From positions 1,093-65,092 of the forward strand of contig DAHUZI010000040.1 in assembly GCA_027306595.1 (NCBI GenBank): a DNA stretch of 64,000 nucleotides. The letters are read 5' to 3'. This stretch comes from Candidatus Dormiibacterota bacterium (lineage in GTDB: Bacteria > Chloroflexota > Dormibacteria > Aeolococcales > Bog-877). Made by a program: the position numbers and the translations under genes. The notes below the pieces were generated by a model, which ran no database searches, had not been told where the DNA came from, and worked only from the letters and a program-made list of their open reading frames with translations. Positions 18,784 through 28,882 of the stretch are shown here, one piece after another (the stretch's first letter is position 1; every line of letters begins with the position of its first letter).

Positions 18784-18957
18784 CTTGCGCCACATGGCTA
18801 CCGACGGGCTGCGATCAGCCCCAGGTTCCGGTGCCTTCCCAAACGCTCATGTGAATCTCCAAGACAACTCGGGCGAGGGGACTACCGCCACTCCTCGGTA
18901 ACACCTGCAACGTCAGTCTAGCGATGTGACGGAAGTGTGCCTAGGGGCTGACGGCAC

Positions 18958-18975
18958 AGTTACGGGAACGTAACT
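18958..18975. promoter_or_regulatory. perfect inverted repeat AGTTAC-N6-GTAACT upstream of the MFS gene (operator candidate)
   Basis: cAGTTACgggaacGTAACTta sits in a locally AT-richer gap 110 nt upstream of the GTG at 19085. Confidence 0.35.
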
Positions 18976-19084
18976 TATGTGAGGGGCGCGCGTTCGGCCG
19001 GATCTCGGTCGCCGCGGCCGGTCGCGACGAATCGCCGCCCGTATACTGGGGCCCAGCCCGGCCGGCGGGGGCAGGAGCAGGGGC

Positions 19085-20335
19085 GTGATTCAGGGCGTGC
19101 GGACGCGGTGGCTCCCCTTCCGGTACCCGGCGTTTCGCGCCCTGTTCCTGGGCGGGGGGCTGTCCTGGTGGGGCGACTTTCTCACCATCCCGGCCTTGCT
19201 CGTGGTCGGGTACGAGCTGGGCGGCCAAGCCGGGGTGGGGTGGGTGACCATCGCCTCCACCGTGCCGATGATGGTGCTGCTGCCGATCGGCGGGCGCCTC
19301 GGTGACCGCGGCGAGCGCCGGCGCCGGCTCATCGCCCTCGACCTGATCCGGGCGGCGCTGGCCGCGGTCGTGGCGGGCAGCGCGGTCCGGGGTGGGCTGC
19401 CGGTGGTGCTGGTGGCGGTCGCCCTGGGCCGGTCGGCCACCGCCCTGTACAACCCCGGCTGGCGCCGCCTGCTCCCCGCGGTGCTGCCGGCCACGCTCGT
19501 GCCGGACGGCAGCAGCCTGCTCACCGCGGTCGGGGACGGCGCCATCCTGACCGGGGCGGGGGCGGGGGCGCTGCTGCTCCTGATGCTCCACGCCCAGGTG
19601 CTGATCGCGCTGGACGGGCTCACGTTCCTCGCATCCGCCGTCTGCCTGCTGGGGGTCGGGCCCCAGCCGACGCCCGAGGCGGACGCGAGCCGGATCCGCG
19701 GCTCGGGGGTTCTGGCGCCGCTGGCCGACGGGTTCCGCTGGATCACCCGTGATCCGGTGACCCGCCTCTTCGCCTGGAGCATGTGGTGCGGGGTGGCTGG
19801 GCTCACAGCGCTTCGGGTGTACTTCGTCGACATCGCCCACCACGTTCTCGGCCTGCCCACCGACGCCGTGGGGATCCTGTACCTGTGCGTCGGCGCCGGG
19901 TCGGTCCTGGGAAGCGTCGGCAGCGTCTGGCGGGCTCGCGCGCCGGGGTGGGTCTTCGTCGGCGCCCTGGCGCTGGCCCCTCTCGGGATCCTCCTCGTGG
20001 GAACGGCCGAGGGGGCGGTGGCCGCGGTCCTGCTCCTCGTCGGCCTGGCGGGGGTCCAGACCCTGAGCGAGGCCTGGGGGTACACCCGCGTCCAGACCCG
20101 AACCCCCGACCACGGCGTGGGCCGCGCCATGGGCGCCATCCTCTGGTGTGCGGTCGCCGGCCAGGCCGTGGGCGCCCTCGCCGCGGCCTGGGCCAGCACC
20201 CACATCCACCGGTCGACCTTCTTCCTCGCCTGGTTCGCCTTCTCCCTCGTGGGCGCGGTGCTGATCGTCACCCCGTCGATCGTGGGGGTCTTTCGTCCGG
20301 TCGCACCGCGGGAGCTCCCGGCCGCCCTCGAATGA
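19085..20335 (+). CDS. MFS transporter (EntS/DHA3-like)
   Basis: 12 predicted TM segments. N-terminus FRYPAFRALFLGGGLSWWGDFL is typical of this MFS subgroup. Confidence 0.8.
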   Translation: MIQGVRTRWLPFRYPAFRALFLGGGLSWWGDFLTIPALLVVGYELGGQAGVGWVTIASTVPMMVLLPIGGRLGDRGERRRRLIALDLIRAALAAVVAGSAVRGGLPVVLVAVALGRSATALYNPGWRRLLPAVLPATLVPDGSSLLTAVGDGAILTGAGAGALLLLMLHAQVLIALDGLTFLASAVCLLGVGPQPTPEADASRIRGSGVLAPLADGFRWITRDPVTRLFAWSMWCGVAGLTALRVYFVDIAHHVLGLPTDAVGILYLCVGAGSVLGSVGSVWRARAPGWVFVGALALAPLGILLVGTAEGAVAAVLLLVGLAGVQTLSEAWGYTRVQTRTPDHGVGRAMGAILWCAVAGQAVGALAAAWASTHIHRSTFFLAWFAFSLVGAVLIVTPSIVGVFRPVAPRELPAALE

Positions 20336-20454
20336 AGCCATGGCGACGCTGCGGGCCGTAGAATTCCAAGATCGTCGACGAACCCCCCAACCACGCATCC
20401 TCACCCGTGTCCTCTCCCGTCCCGCCCCTCTCCGGGAGCGCTCCCGGCACGCCC

Positions 20455-20715
20455 ATGGAAGTCCTCAAGGTCTCAGCCACCTCCCAGCCGGTCCGGGTGG
20501 CGGGCGCCATCGCAGGGGTGATCCGGACCCAGGGCAGGGTCGAGGTCCAAGCCATCGGCGCGGGGGCGATCAACCAGGCGGTCAAGGCGATCGCGATCTC
20601 GCGCGGGTATGTGGCCCCAGGGGGCCTGGATCTGGTCTGCACCCCTTCCTTTATCGACATCTCGATCAACGGTGAGGAGCGGACCGGGATCCGCCTCGTC
20701 GTGGAGGTCCGCTGA
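20455..20715 (+). CDS. spoVS: SpoVS-family protein
   Basis: MEVLKVSATSQPVRVAGAIAGVIRTQGRVEVQAIGAGAINQAVKAIAISRGYVAPGGLDLVCTPSFIDI aligns end-to-end with B. subtilis SpoVS as I remember it. TAGAAT -10 at 20359-20364. Confidence 0.85.
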   Translation: MEVLKVSATSQPVRVAGAIAGVIRTQGRVEVQAIGAGAINQAVKAIAISRGYVAPGGLDLVCTPSFIDISINGEERTGIRLVVEVR

Positions 20716-20756
20716 CGCCTCCGGCCGCGGCCCGGCCCTCCTTCCTCCCCCTGCCG

Positions 20757-22067
20757 GTGCTCGAGAGCCGACCGGCCCGCCGACCGATCGTGGTCAGCGG
20801 GGACCGGGCTCCCCGGGTCCACCTCTGGCAGCAGGGGTGCCAGATGAACACCAGCGACACGGCGCAGCTCGCTGAGCAGTTCGCCGAGATCGGACTCGTC
20901 CCGGGGGTGGCGCTGGTGGACGCCGACCTGGCGGTGGTCGTGACCTGCGCCGTTCGCCAGCACGCCGAGGACAAGGCGGCCAGTCGGATCGGCGAACTGG
21001 CGCGCTGGAAGCGCGAGCGGGGCGGGCGTGCCATTGCCGTCACCGGCTGCATGGCGGCCGAGCACGGCCCCGCCCTGCTGGCCCGCTTCCCGGCCGTGGA
21101 CTACGTCTTCGACGTCCGCGAGCCCGACGGCTTCTTCGCCCGGATCCGCGACCTGTACGCGGGGGCGCTCGAGGGCCCCGTCCCGCTGCCGGCGGGGGAC
21201 CAGCTCTGCGCCTACGTCCCGGTCATCCACGGCTGCAACGAGATGTGCACCTACTGCATCGTCCCCTTCGTGCGCGGGCGGGAGCGAAGCCGTCCCCAGG
21301 GCGACGTGGTCGCCGACGTCGGGCGGCTGGTGGCCAGAGGGGTTCGGGAGGTGACGCTCCTCGGGCAGAACGTCAACTCGTACGTCGATCCCGACGCCGG
21401 TGGGGGGCTCGCCGACCTGATGGCGGCGGTCGATCGCGTTCCGGGCCTCTGGCGCCAGCGGTTCCTCACCTCCCATCCCCGCAACGCCTCCCCCCGTCTG
21501 CTGGCCGCGATCGCCGCGCTGCCGACCGCCTGCGAGCAGCTGCACCTGCCGGTCCAGTCGGGGAGCGACAGCTGCCTGCGCCGGATGAAGCGCGAGTACC
21601 GGGTCGCCACCTACCTGCGCACGATCGAGGCGGCGCGCGCCGCGGTGCCGGGGCTGGCAGTGAGCACCGACATCATCGTGGGGTTCTGCGGTGAGACCGA
21701 GGTGGAGTTCTCGGCGACGCTCGACCTTGTGGCCGGGGTCGGCTTCGATGTCGTCCACGTCCAGGCCTACTCTCCGCGACCGGGCACGGCCGCCTGGCGG
21801 CGGGCGGACGACGTGCCCCTTGCGGTGAAGCGGGACCGGCTTCAGCGGATTCTTCGGCTGCAGCGGTCGATCAGCGAGGCGCGCAACCGGGCGCTTATCG
21901 GCGCCGAGGTCGAGGTGCTGGTGGAGGGGCACGGCGCCGATGACGGCCGCCCGTACGGCCGGACCCGCCAGGGCCGCGTCGCCTGGCTGGACCGCTCGGC
22001 GTCGGTGGGGGAGCTGGTCCGCACCACCGTGACCGGCGCCTCCGCCTGGCAGCTCCTGGCGGCGTGA
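20757..22067 (+). CDS. miaB: tRNA-2-methylthio-N6-dimethylallyladenosine synthase (radical SAM methylthiotransferase)
   Basis: N-terminal MTTase Cys (GCQMNTSD, VTCAVR, TGCMA), radical-SAM CNEMCTYCIVP, C-terminal TRAM. Confidence 0.9.
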   Translation: MLESRPARRPIVVSGDRAPRVHLWQQGCQMNTSDTAQLAEQFAEIGLVPGVALVDADLAVVVTCAVRQHAEDKAASRIGELARWKRERGGRAIAVTGCMAAEHGPALLARFPAVDYVFDVREPDGFFARIRDLYAGALEGPVPLPAGDQLCAYVPVIHGCNEMCTYCIVPFVRGRERSRPQGDVVADVGRLVARGVREVTLLGQNVNSYVDPDAGGGLADLMAAVDRVPGLWRQRFLTSHPRNASPRLLAAIAALPTACEQLHLPVQSGSDSCLRRMKREYRVATYLRTIEAARAAVPGLAVSTDIIVGFCGETEVEFSATLDLVAGVGFDVVHVQAYSPRPGTAAWRRADDVPLAVKRDRLQRILRLQRSISEARNRALIGAEVEVLVEGHGADDGRPYGRTRQGRVAWLDRSASVGELVRTTVTGASAWQLLAA

Positions 22068-24682
22068 CCGAGGGGGAGCGACCCCGACGCCCCGACGCCG
22101 TGACCCCGGCGGTGGCCCAGTACCAGCGGGCCAAAGCCGAGCACCCGGACGCGATCCTCCTCTTCCGCCTTGGTGATTTCTACGAGATCTTCGGCGCCGA
22201 CGCCGAACGCGCCGCCCCCATCCTCCAGGTGGCCCTGACCGCCCGAGACTTCGGCCGCACCGGCAAGCTGCCCATGTGCGGGGTTCCCCATCACAGCGTC
22301 GAGATCCACCTGCGCCGCCTACTCGACGCCGGCTGCGCGGTCGCCATCTGCGACCAGATGGAGCCCGCCGGCCTCGCCCGTGGGGTGGTGCGTCGGGCGG
22401 TGACCCGGGTCCTCACCCCCGGAACGTTGGTCGAGTCCGATCTGCTCGAACCCGGGCGGGCGCGGCGCCTGGTCGCCCTGCACGCCGAGGGGGGGGTGAC
22501 CGGCGTGGCCGCCCTCGACGCCAGCACGGGCGACTGCCTCCTCGTGGAGGTGGCGGGCGCGCTCGACACCCCCGCCTTGACCGGGGAGCTCGAGGGCCTC
22601 GACGCCGCGGAACTGCTGATCGCCGAGGACGCCGCGGTGGCCGCGAGCCTTGTGCCCGGTGCGGTTCGCACCCGGCGGGGGCCGTCGTGCTTCGCTCCCG
22701 AGCCGGCGCTGGCGCGGCTGCGGCAGGCGGTCGGGTCGGGGGGGCTGGTGGCGGCGGGCGTCGGAGGCTGGCGAGCCGCCCAGATCGCGGCCGGGGCGCT
22801 GCTTGCCTACTGCGCGGCCGGGCAGCTCGCGCTTCCAGCCGGATTCCTGCGGGTGCGGGCGCAGCTGCCGGAGGCGAAGATGACCCTCGACCCCGCAACC
22901 CGGCGCAACCTCGAACTGGTCGACGCAAGCGTCCCCGGTCACCCGTCGCTCCTGCGCCTGCTCGACCGCACCCGAACCCCCCAGGGGGCGCGGCGCCTTA
23001 GGGGTTGGGTGCAGGCGCCGCTCCGACAGCTGAGCCCGATCCACGAGCGCCAGGCCGCCATCGGTGAGCTCCAGGCGGCCCGGGGGCGTCGGGCCGACCT
23101 GCGGGCGGCGCTGGCTCGGTGCCGGGATCTGGAGCGGCTCGTCGGACGCTGTGTGCAACGCCTGGCCGGGCCGCGCGACCTCGGCGCGTTGCGCCAGACC
23201 CTGGGCACCGTCCCCGAGGTGGCGGCCGTGATCGAGGCCGCATCCGCCCCGCTGGTGCGCCAGAGCCGAGATGGGCTGCAGGCGGTGCCCGGGGCGATCG
23301 CGGCGGATCTCGGGCGCGCCCTTCGGGACGAGCTGCCGGCGACCGCCCGCGACGGTGGGTTCATCCGGGCCGGGTACGACGACGAGCTGGACGCGATCCA
23401 CGCGGGCAGCGAGGCCGCGCGCCGGTACATCGCCGAGCTGGAGGCGCGGGAGCGCCAGCGGACCCAGATCCGCAGCCTCAAGGTCGGATACAACCGGGTC
23501 TTCGGCTACTACCTCGAGGTCCCCAACAGCCAGCGCGACCGGCTGCCCCCCGAGTACATCCGCAAGCAGACCCTGGCGGGGGCGGAGCGATACCTCACCC
23601 CCCAGCTCAAGGCGCAGGAGGCGGTGGTCCTCAGTGCCAGGGAGCGTGCGCTGAAACGCGAGCAGGCCCTGCTGGAGGGGCTGTGGGCCCGGGTCCAGGC
23701 CGAAGCCGCCCCGCTGGTGCGGGCCGCGGAGGCGCTCGCCGATCTCGACGCGCTCGCCGCCCTGGCCGAGGTGATGGACGACGGCGGGTGGATCATGCCG
23801 GTGGTGGACGCCACCACCCGCCTGGAGATCGTCGACGGCCGGCACCCCCTGGTCGAGGCGGCGCTGGGCCCCGGACGGTTCGTCCCCAACGACATCGGTC
23901 TCGACGGCGGCGGGGCCCGGATCGTCCTGTTGACCGGGCCCAACATGGCCGGAAAGTCGACGTACCTGCGCCAGGTGGCCACGATCGCCCTGCTCGCCCA
24001 GCTGGGCATGGCCGTCCCCGCGACCCGGGCCCGGGTCGGCCTGGTCGACCGCATCTTCACCCGGGTCGGCGCCCACGACGAGCTGGCCGCCGGGCGCAGC
24101 ACCTTCATGGTGGAGATGGCCGAGACGGCGGCGATCCTCGCGGCGGCCACGCCCCGCTCCCTGCTGGTGCTCGACGAGATCGGCCGGGGCACGAGCACGT
24201 ACGACGGGCTGAGCATCGCGCAGGCCATCCTCGAGTACCTGCACGACCACCCGGCGGTGGCGGCCCGGACGGTGTTCGCCACCCACTACCACGAGCTCAC
24301 GGCGCTGGCGACAAGCCTTGGGGCGGTGCGGAACTTTCGGGTCGAGGTCGTGGAGGAGGGGACCGGCCCCTCCGCCCGGGTCACGTTCCTGCACCGCATC
24401 GTGCCGGGGGGCGCCGACCGCTCCTACGGGATCCACGTCGCCGAGCTCGCCGGCATCCCCAAGGTCGTGGTCGAGCGGGCCCGGGTGCTGCTCACGGAGC
24501 TCGAGTCGGCGCGGCGCCTCCCCCAGGAGCCGGGCAGCGAGCAGCAGCTGGCCTTGCCCCTCGCGCCGAGCCACCCGGTGGTGGAGGAGCTGGCGGCGCT
24601 CGACCTTGACGGGATGACCCCGCTCGCCGCGCTTCTGAAGCTGACCGAGTGGCAGCGAGCGTCGCGCGGGTCGGACGCATGA
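22064..24682 (+). CDS. mutS: DNA mismatch repair protein MutS
   Basis: TPAVAQYQRAKAEHPDAILLFRLGDFYEIF, Walker A LTGPNMAGKSTYLRQ, STFMVEMAETA, LDEIGRGTSTYDGLSIA. The GTG overlaps the miaB stop. Confidence 0.97.
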   Translation: MTEGERPRRPDAVTPAVAQYQRAKAEHPDAILLFRLGDFYEIFGADAERAAPILQVALTARDFGRTGKLPMCGVPHHSVEIHLRRLLDAGCAVAICDQMEPAGLARGVVRRAVTRVLTPGTLVESDLLEPGRARRLVALHAEGGVTGVAALDASTGDCLLVEVAGALDTPALTGELEGLDAAELLIAEDAAVAASLVPGAVRTRRGPSCFAPEPALARLRQAVGSGGLVAAGVGGWRAAQIAAGALLAYCAAGQLALPAGFLRVRAQLPEAKMTLDPATRRNLELVDASVPGHPSLLRLLDRTRTPQGARRLRGWVQAPLRQLSPIHERQAAIGELQAARGRRADLRAALARCRDLERLVGRCVQRLAGPRDLGALRQTLGTVPEVAAVIEAASAPLVRQSRDGLQAVPGAIAADLGRALRDELPATARDGGFIRAGYDDELDAIHAGSEAARRYIAELEARERQRTQIRSLKVGYNRVFGYYLEVPNSQRDRLPPEYIRKQTLAGAERYLTPQLKAQEAVVLSARERALKREQALLEGLWARVQAEAAPLVRAAEALADLDALAALAEVMDDGGWIMPVVDATTRLEIVDGRHPLVEAALGPGRFVPNDIGLDGGGARIVLLTGPNMAGKSTYLRQVATIALLAQLGMAVPATRARVGLVDRIFTRVGAHDELAAGRSTFMVEMAETAAILAAATPRSLLVLDEIGRGTSTYDGLSIAQAILEYLHDHPAVAARTVFATHYHELTALATSLGAVRNFRVEVVEEGTGPSARVTFLHRIVPGGADRSYGIHVAELAGIPKVVVERARVLLTELESARRLPQEPGSEQQLALPLAPSHPVVEELAALDLDGMTPLAALLKLTEWQRASRGSDA

Positions 24683-26550
24683 CCGGGCCCGGGGCCCGTG
24701 ACCGGTCGGCCGTGGAGCCGGATCCGGTCCGGATCTGGGTCCTGCCCCCCGCCATCGCCGATGCGATCGCGGCGGGGGAGGTGGTGGAGCGGCCTGCATC
24801 GGTCGTGAAGGAGCTGGTGGAGAACGCGCTCGACGCTGGCGCCGGTCGGGTCCGCGTGGAGATCGAAGAGGGAGGGCGGACCGGGATTCGGGTCAGCGAC
24901 GACGGCGGCGGGATGTCCCCCGAGGAGCTGAGGCTGGCGTTCGGTCGCCACGCCACGAGCAAGGTGCGCAGCCTTTCCGACCTGGACCGGATCGCCACCT
25001 TGGGGTTCCGGGGCGAGGCGCTGGCCAGCATCGGGGCCGTGGCCCGGGTGGAGGCGGTGAGCCGCCGGCTGGCTGGGGCCGCGGCCCACCGCGTCGTGGT
25101 CCGGGGAGCCGAGGTCGAGGGCCCGATGCCGGCCGCGGCGCCTGTCGGCACGTCGCTCGAAGTGACCGAGCTGTTCGCCACCACCCCGGCGCGGCGCGCG
25201 TTCCTCGGTGCGCCCCGCACCGAGGCGATTCGCTGCGCCCGGGTGGTGGCCGACGCCGCGCTCTCCCGCCCTGACGTCGCCTTCGAGCTGCACGTCGACG
25301 GGCGGCGGACCCTGCGGGCGCCCGGCAGCGGCGAGCTTCTTGACGCCGTGCGGGCCGTCTTCGGCGCGCCGGCGGCCCGCGACTGCTTCGCGGTCGAGGA
25401 GGGGGGCGACGAGTTCGCGGTCACCGGGCTGCTCGGCGGCCCCGCGGCTGCGCGCGGCAACCGCAGCGCCCTCGTGCTCTGCGTGAACGGCCGCCGGGTG
25501 CAGCAGCGCAGCCTGGAGGTCGCGGTCGAGACCGCGTACCGCGGGCGGCTCGAGGTCGGGCGGCACCCGCTCGCGGTCCTCGATCTGCGTTGCGACCCCG
25601 GCCGGGTGGACGTCAACGTCCACCCCACCAAGCGCGAGGTTCGCTTCCGGGACGAGCGAGCGGCGTTCCAGGCGATGGAGCGCGCCTGCTGGCGGGCGCT
25701 GGGCGCTGCAGCCGTTGGCGCGGCGCCGGCATCACGGGGAGCCGAGATCTGGCAAGGGAGCTCGGCCCCGGGCGCTGCGCCGACGCCCTCGCGCGCGCCC
25801 GCCCCCGCCGCTCCCGCCCCCGGCGACCCTCGCCGACGGCCGGCGGGGCCCGCGCTGGAGTGGTCCCACGGACCCGGGGAGACGGTGGGGCCGCGCCCCG
25901 CGGCGCTGAACGGACCCGCCCTCGCGCATGCCGGAGCCTGGCGCCTCCTCGGCCAGGCGCATCGCCAGTACCTGGTCGGGGAGACCGACGACGGGCTCGT
26001 GCTGGTGGACCAGCACGCCGCGCACGAGCGGGTGCTCTATGCCCGGTACCTGGCTCGGCTGGAGGCTGAGGCTGACGCCGTTGCGAGCGCGCCGGCAGGA
26101 GCGCGTCCTCCCGCCCCTGCCCAGGGGTGGCTGATTCCCGAACTGGTGGAGCTGCCGGCGGAGCTCTCGGCGGGATTCCCGGGCGCACGCGCCACGCTCA
26201 GTCGACTGGGATTCCAGCTGGAGATCTTCGGTGAGGCGACCCTTCGCTGCACCGCGAGCCCGCCGGGCGTTCGAGCCGGCGATGTCGACCGGCTGGTCAC
26301 CGGGCTCCTCGAGGCGGCGCTGGACGGACCTCCGGGCGCGGAGACGATGCGCCGGCATCGGATGGCGGCCCTGCTCGCCTGCCACACGGCGGTGCGGTTC
26401 GGGGACCGGATCGCGCCCGAGGGAGCCCAGCGGCTCCTTCGCGACCTGGCGGGGACCCCGGCCCCCTCCACCTGCCCCCACGGTCGGCCCACGGTGGTTC
26501 ACCTCGGGGATGCCGAGCTGCGCCGGGCCTTCCGTCGCCCGCCCGCCTGA
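24679..26550 (+). CDS. mutL: DNA mismatch repair protein MutL
   Basis: IAAGEVVERPASVVKELVENALDAGA, GFRGEALASI, C-terminal CPHGRPT motif. The ATG overlaps the mutS stop (ATGA). Confidence 0.95.
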   Translation: MTGPGARDRSAVEPDPVRIWVLPPAIADAIAAGEVVERPASVVKELVENALDAGAGRVRVEIEEGGRTGIRVSDDGGGMSPEELRLAFGRHATSKVRSLSDLDRIATLGFRGEALASIGAVARVEAVSRRLAGAAAHRVVVRGAEVEGPMPAAAPVGTSLEVTELFATTPARRAFLGAPRTEAIRCARVVADAALSRPDVAFELHVDGRRTLRAPGSGELLDAVRAVFGAPAARDCFAVEEGGDEFAVTGLLGGPAAARGNRSALVLCVNGRRVQQRSLEVAVETAYRGRLEVGRHPLAVLDLRCDPGRVDVNVHPTKREVRFRDERAAFQAMERACWRALGAAAVGAAPASRGAEIWQGSSAPGAAPTPSRAPAPAAPAPGDPRRRPAGPALEWSHGPGETVGPRPAALNGPALAHAGAWRLLGQAHRQYLVGETDDGLVLVDQHAAHERVLYARYLARLEAEADAVASAPAGARPPAPAQGWLIPELVELPAELSAGFPGARATLSRLGFQLEIFGEATLRCTASPPGVRAGDVDRLVTGLLEAALDGPPGAETMRRHRMAALLACHTAVRFGDRIAPEGAQRLLRDLAGTPAPSTCPHGRPTVVHLGDAELRRAFRRPPA

Positions 26551-26551
26551 G

Positions 26552-27493
26552 GTGCGCTCGGCTGGGCCCGTGGCCGGCGGCCGGCCACCTGTGATCCTGG
26601 TGGTCGGACCGACGGCGAGCGGGAAGACCGCCCTCGCCGTCGCGCTCGCTGAGCGTCTGGGCGGTGAGCTCGTGAATGCGGATTCCCGGCAGATGATCGC
26701 CGACCTCGACGTCGGAGTTGTCAAGCCGACGCCCGCCGAGTTGCGCGGCATCCCCTGTCAGGGGCTCGACTGGCGCCGGTTGGGCGCGCCCTTCACCGCC
26801 TTCGACTTCGTCGAGCGGGCTCGAGACGCCATCTGCGCCATCGCCGGGCGGGGCCGGGTCCCGATCCTGGTTGGGGGAACGGGCCTGTATTTGCGTGGCC
26901 TGGTGCGCGGCTTCGACTTCGGCCAGCTGCCAGCGTCCGGGCCGCGCGGCGGCCACAGCCCGGGAGCGGGATCCGCTTCACCCGGTGAGCTGGCCCGTCT
27001 GGCGCCCGAGGTGGCGGCTCGCACCGACCTGCGCAACCCGAGGCGGGTGGAGCGGGCGCTCGAGCTCGTGCGGGCTGGGGCGGCGCCCCGGGAGCTCGGA
27101 GAGCCGTGGCCCGCGGTCTGGATCGGTCGGCGGCTGTCGCCGGCGGCGCTCCGGGCCCGGATCGACCGGCGGACGGAGTGGCTCCTCGGCCCCCGACTCC
27201 ACGCCGAGGTGGATCGGGTGCTCGCGGCCGGCGTGGCCCCGGACGTGCTGGCCGATGCCGCGATCGGCTACGCGGAGGCCCTCGCCTGGCGCGCCGGCAC
27301 GATCGGCCGGGAGGAGGCGGTGGCCCGGGTCGCGCTCCGCACCTGGCGGTACGCCCGCCGGCAGCGCACCTGGCTCCGGCGGGAGCCCGGTGTGGGGTGG
27401 GTCGGCGATGATGACGCGGACGACAGCCGGGTCGCGGAGGAGGCCGAGCGGCTCGCGGCCCCAGCGCTGGCCGCGGCGCTGCAGGCGGGATGA
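26552..27493 (+). CDS. miaA: tRNA dimethylallyltransferase
   Basis: P-loop VVGPTASGKTALAVALAERLGGELVNADSRQ. The GTG at 26552 lies 1 nt after the mutL stop (alternative GTG 26570). Confidence 0.9.
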   Translation: MRSAGPVAGGRPPVILVVGPTASGKTALAVALAERLGGELVNADSRQMIADLDVGVVKPTPAELRGIPCQGLDWRRLGAPFTAFDFVERARDAICAIAGRGRVPILVGGTGLYLRGLVRGFDFGQLPASGPRGGHSPGAGSASPGELARLAPEVAARTDLRNPRRVERALELVRAGAAPRELGEPWPAVWIGRRLSPAALRARIDRRTEWLLGPRLHAEVDRVLAAGVAPDVLADAAIGYAEALAWRAGTIGREEAVARVALRTWRYARRQRTWLRREPGVGWVGDDDADDSRVAEEAERLAAPALAAALQAG

Positions 27494-27502
27494 GGGGCGA
27501 GG

Positions 27503-28882
27503 ATGCCGGTCGGCGAGCGGCGCGCAGGGTTGACGGAGGTGCCAGAGCGCGCCTTTCTTCTCGGCTGGGTCGGCACCGACACGGAGGCGCGGACCCTCGA
27601 CCCCCAGATGGACGAGCTGGCTGATCTGGCCCGGACGGCGGGAGCAGAGGTGGTGGGCTCCGATGTGCAGCGCCGCGACCGGCCCGATCCGGCGCTCTTC
27701 TTCGGGCGCGGCAAGGTCCGCGAGCTGGTCGCGCTGCGGGCCGAGCTGGCCTTCGACCTCGTCGTGTCGAACGAGGAGCTGAGCCCGCGCCAGCAGCGCA
27801 ACCTCGAGCAGGAGCTCGAGGTCAAGGTGCTGGACCGCACCGAGCTGATCCTCGACATCTTCGCCCAGCACGCGCGCACCCGGGAGGGGCGTCTCCAGGT
27901 CGCGGTGGCACAGCTCCGCCACCTCCTCCCGCGGCTGTCGGGGGGGCGCGACCTCTCCCGTCTCGGTGGCGGCATCGGCACCCGCGGACCTGGCGAGCAG
28001 AAGATTGAGGCCGACCGCAGGCGGATCCGGACCCACCTGCGCCGCCTCGACCGCGAGCTCGAGGAGGTGCGGGGGGAGCGCGCGCTGCACCGGGAGAGTC
28101 GGCAACGGCGGGCGCTGCGAACGGTGGCCCTGGTCGGCTACACCAACGCCGGCAAGTCCACCCTGCTCAACCGGCTCACCGCCGGGGGGGCGGTCACCGA
28201 GCATCGGCTGTTCGCCACTCTCGATCCCCGGACCCGGCTCCTCAGCCTGCCCGGGGGCCAGGATTGCCTGCTCACGGATACGGTGGGCTTCATCCAGAAC
28301 CTGCCGCACGACCTCGTCGCCGCCTTTCGGGCGACGCTGGAGGAGGTGACCACGGCCGACGTCCTCATCCACGTCCTCGACTGCAGCCAGGAACGGGCGG
28401 AGCAGCAGCTGGAGACGGTGCACCGGACCCTGGCCGAGCTGGACGCCCTGAGCCGGCCGCGGCTGCTGGCCCTCAACAAGGTGGATCGGGTCTCGCCGGC
28501 GGCGAGGGCGCGGCTCGAGGGGCTGCCGTGGGAGGGGTACGCGGCGGCCACGGCCGTGAGCGCCGTGACCGGAGAGGGTCTGCCCCAGCTGGTCGCCGCC
28601 CTGGGGTCGCTCTTGGCCGAGCCGCTCGAGCCCCTCGACATCGTGGTCCCGTACACCGACCCCCAGAGCCTCATGCGCTGGCGCCGCTACGGCCGCATCG
28701 AGCACGAGGAGTACACGGAAGCGGGGGTCCATGTGGTCGGCCGAGTCCCGGCGGGGCTCGGCCGCCGGCTGCGCGGTGACCCCGAACCCGATCTCGATGA
28801 GGACGCCCTCTCGCGCGGGCTGGACGATGGGCCCGAGGCCGCCTCCAACGGCGCATCGGCCCGCCTGCGCAGGGATTCGTGA
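27503..28882 (+). CDS. hflX: GTPase HflX
   Basis: HflX N-domain (LDRTELILDIFAQHARTREGRLQVAVAQL), G1 LVGYTNAGKSTLLN, G3 DTVGF, G4 NKVD. Confidence 0.93.
   Translation: MPVGERRAGLTEVPERAFLLGWVGTDTEARTLDPQMDELADLARTAGAEVVGSDVQRRDRPDPALFFGRGKVRELVALRAELAFDLVVSNEELSPRQQRNLEQELEVKVLDRTELILDIFAQHARTREGRLQVAVAQLRHLLPRLSGGRDLSRLGGGIGTRGPGEQKIEADRRRIRTHLRRLDRELEEVRGERALHRESRQRRALRTVALVGYTNAGKSTLLNRLTAGGAVTEHRLFATLDPRTRLLSLPGGQDCLLTDTVGFIQNLPHDLVAAFRATLEEVTTADVLIHVLDCSQERAEQQLETVHRTLAELDALSRPRLLALNKVDRVSPAARARLEGLPWEGYAAATAVSAVTGEGLPQLVAALGSLLAEPLEPLDIVVPYTDPQSLMRWRRYGRIEHEEYTEAGVHVVGRVPAGLGRRLRGDPEPDLDEDALSRGLDDGPEAASNGASARLRRDS

Noticed and set aside
18794-18901. 35-codon ORF (MATDGLRSAPGSGAFPNAHVNLQDNSGEGTTATPR) downstream of the HD-GYP gene.
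   Set aside because: It has no Shine-Dalgarno, no hydrophobic or Cys pattern, and cannot be supported from sequence alone.
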